Assembly (NCBI GenBank): GCA_026396115.1
Contig: JAPLXL010000002.1
Span: 69,142-133,141, forward strand
Origin: Candidatus Nealsonbacteria bacterium
Lineage (GTDB): Bacteria; Patescibacteriota; Minisyncoccia; Minisyncoccales; RBG-13-42-11
Reading direction: 5' to 3'
DNA: 64,000 nt
In this document: one piece after another, positions 18,501 through 23,350 of the stretch
Numbering within the stretch: the first letter of the stretch is position 1
Layout: each line of letters begins with the position of its first letter
Notes under the pieces: generated by a model
Told to the model about the DNA's origin: nothing
The model's database searches: none
What the model saw: only the letters and a program-made list of their open reading frames with translations
Translations under genes and position numbers: made by a program

Positions 18501-18740
18501 TATTTCGGGATTTATATAAATAATAATATCAGCCAAACGTCTAGCTTTTGTTTTAGTTTCTTCTGTGAATTCGTTATTTCTTCTTTCTAATGGAGTAGAG
18601 CTCAGCCCTTCTTTTAAATTAAAAATATCCTCAGATTTAAGAAAATCTTTAACAAATTTCTGAACGCCAGAGCCAACTTCTCGGGTTTTATAATCCTCTT
18701 TTTCTTTATTCCATTTGGTTTTTAGTTCCCTTATATTCAT
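15564..18740 (-). CDS. type IIG/IIL single-polypeptide restriction-modification enzyme (N-terminal nuclease-like region, gamma-class N6-adenine methyltransferase, C-terminal target-recognition region)
   Basis: 1058 aa. SAM motif I (IIDPSCGSGTFLY) lies upstream of catalytic motif IV (VIGNPPYIGY), the gamma-class order seen in Eco57I/MmeI-type enzymes. The N-terminal segment ADIIIYINPEINIPLEVEQ is PD-(D/E)xK-like. Confidence 0.8.
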   Translation of the reverse strand: MNIRELKTKWNKEKEDYKTREVGSGVQKFVKDFLKSEDIFNLKEGLSSTPLERRNNEFTEETKTKARRLADIIIYINPEINIPLEVEQYGNIENGLSQLLQYQLDLDKKYGILTDGYTWQFYNNAYLLKEFNLKQIFENPELFREYWEEYIKPEFYYLSFFEEKGQLKIIPEDISIDKKRQDFFRDITTLIRDFKNKLEIEGYLETTDKKQKGKIAIEITYAYIIQFILYKTLVDNDFSSFKKEFTDIQNGIYECLKVKQYGKILGIIDGISNEISKNIYRPFAKEQEFITNKLIELLRKPKNELHDVSPWLDIFVFIKKYNFANVRNEIFGYIYENYLKELYKEEQKGQYFTDPDVVNFMLKQIGYNPENIKKRLDNNPEENYISIIDPSCGSGTFLYSAVNQIINAVPNGSENSSKEVEELVNENVFGLDIAEFPLYLAEMNIVMRMLPLIINEKYNNPIDKKIKVFWTKDSISEFIFSEINNTENDLMGIGGGQRPLFNIKKLEFEFDSYMREKGDLENTKKSMRPPRKRFDYVIGNPPYIGYNESSKQGVLIVKLIQDKKVQMSDIYGVNLNTVPNRIKPYSPKPNLYAFFIALGIALLKDNGKLCYIIPQTLLNAGDLDVLRYHLAKFTTLEKIIIFSGKMFIGRGLKQDKPVPTSSLIFVLSRKIPLATNKVKVINYKNPDDNIEETLQNILKGEKISEKEIPQEELLQNVANWNFIKQEKKFLNFHEEYKKNTIDISSFRVKLTPNDDFSFDGGVIINEDSIKNRANDDCFEIFDYKTNDWDAYTISKSEKYYPINGSFEFPSGSQGIATFHKKFKIIWRTRFANRFQFTDRNILLINNQSLTVSSNSKNELLFYFSLLNSPITKLILEENLRQENEKDYFIPLRAIKEFVRIPKITDGNQKIKNEIINSVEKMLKLGEETLSHFVDFSKVMLQKFDNVSVESNNLILEKDKEKIKIHIKGGKNLVKKTIDEKYNSKGLKLEKSIISLSELKTLPIIDYDKQQELKNYIDDLVFALYFNIGLEGLGLNKAEKIKAKCSKNPYYKLVNTQKL

Positions 18741-18744
18741 AAAT

Positions 18745-18921
18745 CTATTTCGTTTTTACTTTATTTAAAAACTTATTAAATTCTTCTTTATCAATTCTAA
18801 ACTCTTTGCCTATTTTATAGGCTTTCAACTTCCCCCTTTTGATATAGCGGTAAATAGTCATAATATTTACCCTTAATTTGTTTGCTAATTCTTGAGTTGT
18901 ATAAAAATCATTCTCTTTCAT
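18745..18921 (-). CDS. excisionase/MerR-type helix-turn-helix DNA-binding protein (58 aa; below the ORF-track cutoff)
   Basis: My own minus-strand translation is MKENDFYTTQELANKLRVNIMTIYRYIKRGKLKAYKIGKEFRIDKEEFNKFLNKVKTK. This is the classic excisionase-family HTH pattern (T..E.A..L.V...T.YR.I..G.L.A.K.G...RI). Its stop lies 4 nt before the RM gene ATG. Confidence 0.7.
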   Translation of the reverse strand: MKENDFYTTQELANKLRVNIMTIYRYIKRGKLKAYKIGKEFRIDKEEFNKFLNKVKTK

Positions 18922-18929
18922 ACACTTTC

Positions 18930-18958
18930 ATTATACTTTACAATTCTTTACAAGCCAA
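18930..18958 (-). promoter_or_regulatory. sigma70-type promoter for the HTH-RM operon, with tandem TTGTAAAG boxes in the spacer; predicts a leaderless mRNA
   Basis: On the minus strand, TTGGCT (18958-18953), a 17-nt spacer, then TATAAT (18935-18930), with the ATG 8 nt downstream. The spacer holds TTGTAAAG twice at 10-bp spacing (plus-strand 18936-18943 and 18946-18953). Confidence 0.5.
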
Positions 18959-18988
18959 GTGGATAACTTTATCATTGTAAAAACAAAA

Positions 18989-19018
18989 AGCCCATCGCTG
19001 GGCTATTTTTTATTTTTT
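18989..19018. terminator. orphan rho-independent terminator (right copy of the 15-bp direct repeat)
   Basis: agccca (18989-18994) pairs with tgggct (18999-19004), followed by T runs. No convergent gene ends here. Confidence 0.55.
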
Positions 19019-19126
19019 GCTTAGGAGGCGTTCTTTATTTGGACACTTGACAAGTATTCTGAAAGGATTATGATGGACAATGAAAGGTCGAAGTAAGACA
19101 TAGATTGACATTAATCAATAAAATAT

Positions 19127-19516
19127 ATGGAAATTCAAGGATACAACTTTGAAGAATTTACATCTTTTAGAGGAAAGTTTTCTTCTAAAATTAGCTTAGG
19201 TAAGATAGGTGGATTTGGTTTTAGCACCGGTTTTTTTCACAGAAATAATTTAAAAGGGTCGGTTGGATTAAAGCTTTTTTACGACAAGGACAAAAAAGCG
19301 GTAGGATTCAAGTTTCTTGACTCGCCAGAAGAAGGTATGGTAAAATTAAAACCAAGACAGACAGGAGGATATATCTCTGCTATTTCGTTTCTCGGAAAAT
19401 ATGATATTGACCCCAAAAAATATACCGGCAGATATGACCCTAAGGAAATTATGGATGAGAAACTCGGAAAGATATTTATTATTGAATTAAAAGAGCAGAA
19501 AGATGATAAAAATTAA
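19127..19516 (+). CDS. hypothetical protein
   Basis: 129-aa ORF. No motif recognised. Confidence 0.45.
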   Translation: MEIQGYNFEEFTSFRGKFSSKISLGKIGGFGFSTGFFHRNNLKGSVGLKLFYDKDKKAVGFKFLDSPEEGMVKLKPRQTGGYISAISFLGKYDIDPKKYTGRYDPKEIMDEKLGKIFIIELKEQKDDKN

Positions 19517-19666
19517 ATACAAAACGCTGGAAGCAAGTAAAGTACTCCAGCGTCTTGTAGATTACAAATCGTGGAGACCAGCGTCCCTAATAGGATTAAA
19601 AGTCGCGCTGGTTTTCCACAGCCTCTTCAGCTATTTTCATTATAGCTTGAAAAGGTTAACAAGTAA

Positions 19667-20140
19667 ATGTTAATTTCAATGTTACAAACAACGAAAGCAA
19701 AGCCAAATCCTTCCGGAAAAGATCGTTCCAGATTTTTTACACCACAACAACAACTAGCAGGAGAGTGGATTGATATTCAGAATACTGGTTCATTACCAAT
19801 ATCTTTAAACAACCTAGAGGTTTATCATTTAGCTTATAAAATGACTGGAACGGAATGGGAGAAAGTTATTGTTTTATCAGGCATGTTACCAGCGGGGAAA
19901 ATAGTAAGAATTCATTCGGGAAGAGAGATCCCATTACTACAGTTATTAGAAATAGATAGAATCGGTGCGGAGTATCATATCTTTACGGGAAAGAACTATG
20001 TTTGGAATAATGACCAAGTAGATAAACCCAGCATTTTTAACTCACAACTAAAAAAATGGGAAGATCAGACCTGGTATGACAAATATCCACCCGAAGGGAT
20101 TGTGCTGAAAAGGGACAATGGCAAACTAGTACCATTATAG
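19667..20140 (+). CDS. lamin-tail-domain (LTD)-like protein
   Basis: NPSGKDRSRFFTPQQQLAGEWIDIQNTGSLPISLNNLEVYHL resembles the LTD pattern NPxGxD...EWIELxNxGxxxVxLxGW. No signal peptide is seen. Confidence 0.5.
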   Translation: MLISMLQTTKAKPNPSGKDRSRFFTPQQQLAGEWIDIQNTGSLPISLNNLEVYHLAYKMTGTEWEKVIVLSGMLPAGKIVRIHSGREIPLLQLLEIDRIGAEYHIFTGKNYVWNNDQVDKPSIFNSQLKKWEDQTWYDKYPPEGIVLKRDNGKLVPL

Positions 20141-20213
20141 CCCTAGGAGAAGTGCGAGGGTCGTTGTTTTCTAGAGACAACTTCCCTCGTCCTTTCATCA
20201 AATTGTAAAGTAA

Positions 20214-20906
20214 TCTTTAAAAAATAATTCTGGCAAGAATAATAAGTTAAATGGCATTTATCTTTTAGGTTCAGCTACCGAAAATTGGACGCTTTATCGA
20301 AATAATGATTTTCCTTATGTCATTTTACAACTTGAAATAGTTTCCAGTTCCACTTTGATCATTAATCCAGGTGTGGTAGTAAAATTTGAACCTTATAAAC
20401 CCTGGTCGGGTAATGACGATAATTTGATCGTAAAAGGAAAGATTGAAGCCATAGGTTCTCCAACCGAAAAAATTGTTTTTACTTCGATTGATGATGATGA
20501 GTACGGTGGCGATACTAAAAATGATGGAATCACAACCTCAATTAGCTATTGGAACAGGATTCATTTCACTCCCGAAGCTGCTACTTCTACTTTTCAAAAT
20601 GTAATCATTAGTTATGGAGGACTAACTGGACTTGGTTGGTATCCTTATCTTGGTGTGGTATATGTAGAAAAAAATAGTGTAATTTTTGAAGATGTTTACT
20701 TCAAAAATAACGGACCCAGTGCGTATACTCTTTATTTAGAGAACTCAACTTCTACGGTTAGAAATTCCATTTTTGAAAATAGTTGGATAGCAATTAATAT
20801 TGTCGGTCAAGATCAGAATGTCTTTGAGAATAATGCTTTCCAAAATTGCAATTGCTATGTCATGAAGGATAATCAGTGTATTTCGCCTATTTCGTCCTTG
20901 CCTTAA
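20214..20906 (+). pseudogene. 5'-truncated remnant of a large right-handed beta-helix surface protein
   Basis: The frame is open from 20214 with no ATG until a TTG at 20355. The upstream in-frame peptide LNGIYLLGSATENWTLYRNNDFPYVILQLEIVSSSTLIINPGVVVKF continues the domain. Downstream NSIFENSWIAINIVGQDQNVFENNAF repeats are beta-helix-like. There is no signal peptide or N-terminus. Confidence 0.45.
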
Positions 20907-20962
20907 TGCCCAACAAATAGGTTTTTATGTATGATTTTCAAGTCGTTAGGGCTTGATTTTTT

Positions 20963-20991
20963 TTGACCCAGTTTTTAATTTCTGATATATT
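20963..20991 (+). promoter_or_regulatory. sigma70-type promoter
   Basis: TTGACC (20963-20968), a 17-nt spacer, then TATATT (20986-20991). The ORF-track TTG start at 20963 is the -35 box itself. Confidence 0.5.
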
Positions 20992-21004
20992 AAAAGAACG
21001 TTCT

Positions 21005-21637
21005 ATGAACAGAGAGTTTTTAATTCAACTGACAAATAATCTTTATCGCTTAACCTTGCTTTTTCCGAAAAAAGAGCCCTTAAGGTATAAAATGCGAGAA
21101 AAGGCTGATGATATTTTGGCCAAACCCAATGAAAAAGATTTGGAGGTTTTGGACAGTTTTTTTGAAGTGGCTTTGGTTCAAAACTGGGTAAGTCCTTCTG
21201 ACATATTGGCAATTAAGAAAGAATATGATAATCTAGGGGAGATATTAAAAAAATACAAGCCGGAAAAAGAAAAAAAGAAAGATAATCTTGCTGTTGTCGA
21301 AGAGGATAAATCCTCTTCTTCAGCCATCGAGCGAGGCGAAGCCGAGCGAAGATCAAGAAGAGATTTATCTCTTCGCCCCGCTGCGGCTCTGGTTGTTGAA
21401 GCTTATCCCAAAGAAACGCCAATTCCGCTGGGTCATAATTTGAACAGGCAAGAAAAGATACTGGAGTTTTTAAAAGAAAAGGGCAGGGCCCAGGTTTGGC
21501 AGATAAAGCAAGTTCTGCCCGAAGTTACCAAAAGAACCTTAAGACGAGATTTTGAGCATATGTTAGAACAGGGCTTAATTGAGAGAATGGGCGAGAAAAA
21601 CGACACTTTTTACCAAATTAGAAATATTCAATCCTAA
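21005..21637 (+). CDS. winged-helix (DeoR-type HTH) DNA-binding protein with repeat-derived linker
   Basis: C-terminal NRQEKILEFLKEKGRAQVWQIKQVLPEVTKRTLRRDFEHMLEQGLIER is a DeoR-like wHTH. ATG at 21005 is preferred as the start. The linker at 21298-21396 is repeat-element DNA. Confidence 0.55.
   Translation: MNREFLIQLTNNLYRLTLLFPKKEPLRYKMREKADDILAKPNEKDLEVLDSFFEVALVQNWVSPSDILAIKKEYDNLGEILKKYKPEKEKKKDNLAVVEEDKSSSSAIERGEAERRSRRDLSLRPAAALVVEAYPKETPIPLGHNLNRQEKILEFLKEKGRAQVWQIKQVLPEVTKRTLRRDFEHMLEQGLIERMGEKNDTFYQIRNIQS
21298..21396 (+). repeat. palindromic repeat family, two tandem copies inside the wHTH CDS
   Basis: cgaagaggataaatcctcttcttca..., then ...aagaagagatttatctcttcgccccgctgcggctctggttgt. 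Confidence 0.85.
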
Positions 21638-21696
21638 ATGAGGTATACATATATAGGGTAGGACACGCTGTCCTACCTTGTCTGGCTTAATTTATC

Positions 21697-22212
21697 ATGG
21701 CAAATAAACGAAAAGAATTCAGTAAAATCTACGACCGGTGTATTAATAAAATATATCGTTTTATATTCTTAAAGGTGAATTCTGAGGAAATTGCCCAGGA
21801 TTTGTGTTCCGAGACCTTTTTAAAGGGCTGGGAATCATACAAGAACAATCCCAATATTGAAAATCCTTCAGCTTTTTTGTATCGGATTGCCCGTAATCTA
21901 ACAACCGATTACTATCGGGAAAAGGGTAGGACAAATTTTGTTTCGCCAGAAATAGTGCCGATTGTTGATCCAAAGCCGGGTATAGAAGAAAAAGTAGTTT
22001 TTAACTCAGATTTGGACCAAGTTAAGCTAGTTTTAGCTGATTTAAAGGAAGATTACCAAAACGTGATTATCTGGCATTATTTGGACGATCTACCTATTCC
22101 AAAAGTAGCGAAAATGCTTGATAAATCGGAAGGAGCCACCCGGGTGACTCTCCATCGTGCTCTAAAATCCATTAAAAATGAGATTAACAGACGGGAGGTA
22201 AAGGAAGGATAA
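21697..22212 (+). CDS. ECF-type RNA polymerase sigma factor
   Basis: 171 aa. Region 2 (YRIARNLTTDYYR) and region 4 HTH (IPKVAKMLDKSEGATRVTLHRALKSIK). Confidence 0.85.
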   Translation: MANKRKEFSKIYDRCINKIYRFIFLKVNSEEIAQDLCSETFLKGWESYKNNPNIENPSAFLYRIARNLTTDYYREKGRTNFVSPEIVPIVDPKPGIEEKVVFNSDLDQVKLVLADLKEDYQNVIIWHYLDDLPIPKVAKMLDKSEGATRVTLHRALKSIKNEINRREVKEG

Positions 22213-22214
22213 CT

Positions 22215-22275
22215 GGCGAAGAGAACTTCGTTCTCTTTTTTATCTTCGCTTTCACTACGTGAAAGCTTGGTGTGT
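22215..22275 (+). repeat. palindromic repeat family, two-hairpin variant between the sigma and DUF5667 genes
   Basis: ggcgaagagaac-ttcg-ttctctt ttttatcttcgc; second hairpin gctttcac-tac-gtgaaagc; then ttggtgtgt. Confidence 0.85.
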
Positions 22276-22307
22276 AACAAATTCGTGTCTAATTCGTCGT
22301 AATTACA

Positions 22308-23165
22308 ATGAAGATGACTGACAGAGACCTCATCAAAAAACTGCAAATCCTCAAAGACATTAAACCCAGAAAGGACTGGGTTGTTTTGATTAAAACACAG
22401 ATTTTAGGCGAAGAACGAGAACAGTTCTCGTTGATAGAAAGTTTGAGATTGTTTTTTCAGTTTAAGTTGGCTAAACCGGCTTTTGCCAGTTTAATTGCTG
22501 TTTTTCTTCTATTCGGGCTTTTTGCTTTTGCTCAAAACTCTTTACCCGGCGACTTTTTATACCCGATAAAGAAGATTGCAGAAAGAGGCCAGGCAGTTTT
22601 TGTTTCAAAAATTGATAAGCCGCAAGCCAGCCTTAATTTAGCCAATAAAAGATTGGAAGAATTGACTAAAATCGCAGAAACCAATCAGGTGAAAAAATTA
22701 GCTCCGGCCATCAATGAATTCCAGGCAAGCGTCTCCGAAGCAGCTAAGAATTTATCAAGAATGGAGGCAACCAGTTCAGACCCCGCAGCAATTAAAAAAA
22801 TGGTTGAGGGAACCAAAGAATTAGGAGGAAAAATACAAGAAGTTAAATCATTGGGCGTGGTTATCGGAGAAGAAGAATTTGATGAATTGCAGGGGGTTTC
22901 AGATAAATTAGAGGTTGAGCTTTTGATTTCAGATTTGGAAGAAAGAACTTTATGGACCGAAGAGCAAAAAGAGATTTTAAATCAAATGAAAGAATTAGTC
23001 GAAGAAGGGAAATATTCAGAGGCGTTGGTTATGTTTAACGCAGAATTTAATAAGCCGGCCAGCCCGGAACCGATGGAAGAGCCGATAGATGAATCGGAAG
23101 AGCAAATAGAAGAACCAATAGAAAAAGAGCTGATAGAAGAAGTGACAGAAGAACCGACAGAATAA
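22308..23165 (+). CDS. single-pass membrane protein, DUF5667-like (putative anti-sigma partner)
   Basis: Directly downstream of the ECF sigma gene. One TM helix, then PGDFLYPIKKIAE, which I recall as characteristic of DUF5667 proteins. Acidic C-terminal tail. Confidence 0.5.
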   Translation: MKMTDRDLIKKLQILKDIKPRKDWVVLIKTQILGEEREQFSLIESLRLFFQFKLAKPAFASLIAVFLLFGLFAFAQNSLPGDFLYPIKKIAERGQAVFVSKIDKPQASLNLANKRLEELTKIAETNQVKKLAPAINEFQASVSEAAKNLSRMEATSSDPAAIKKMVEGTKELGGKIQEVKSLGVVIGEEEFDELQGVSDKLEVELLISDLEERTLWTEEQKEILNQMKELVEEGKYSEALVMFNAEFNKPASPEPMEEPIDESEEQIEEPIEKELIEEVTEEPTE

Positions 23166-23215
23166 AGTTTCCACAATTTTGATGGTTGGAGTTGTTATTT
23201 ATTATGTTAAAAAAT

Positions 23216-23315
23216 GGAGATTCGCGAACCCCGCACCAATCTTGCTTTCGGCGAGATGATACGGGGTAATTCTCGTGACTAATACGTAAGGTCGCGAAGA
23301 AAAGGTCGACGCGAT
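23216..23315 (+). ncRNA. GC-rich structured 5' leader (candidate cis-regulatory RNA, class unassigned)
   Basis: Nested helices: 23221-23227 with 23292-23298, 23228-23233 with 23262-23267, and 23041-offset-free inner hairpin 23241-23245 with 23251-23255. Mutually exclusive alternative pairings also exist (23271-23275 with 23252-23256, and 23292-23296 with 23310-23314). This is a GC island in AT-rich spacer. Confidence 0.35.
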
Positions 23316-23350
23316 GATGTAAATAATTAATAAAAAAATAAAAAACTAAA

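Larger units (their letters stand above)
14626..18986. mobile_element. candidate inserted island (restriction-modification cargo) between 15-bp direct repeats
   Basis: The exact 15-mer aaagcccatcgctgg occurs at 14611-14625 and 18987-19001. The right copy is an orphan terminator with no gene to terminate. The interior looks more AT-rich than the flanks. No integrase is present. Confidence 0.35.

Noticed and set aside
15564-18740. Possibility that the large methyltransferase is BREX PglX or part of a type I system.
   Set aside because: No PglZ, BrxC, BrxL, HsdS or HsdR genes are in the vicinity. The N-terminal nuclease-like region fits a stand-alone type IIG enzyme better. An HMM or REBASE comparison is still needed.
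13990-20950. Prophage or integrative conjugative element.
   Set aside because: No integrase, recombinase, transposase, or phage structural or conjugation genes were recognised. Only the small Xis-type HTH and the direct repeats hint at mobility.
442-22275. Interpreting the palindromic repeats as a CRISPR array or as simple rho-independent terminators.
   Set aside because: There is no regular repeat-spacer periodicity and copies are kilobases apart. Several lie inside ORFs or directly before start codons, and they lack trailing U-tracts.
23216-23315. Calling the structured leader a ydaO (c-di-AMP) riboswitch.
   Set aside because: Only short blocks resemble the motif and they are not in the canonical order. 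The element is also shorter than typical ydaO RNAs. I kept it as an unclassified candidate RNA.
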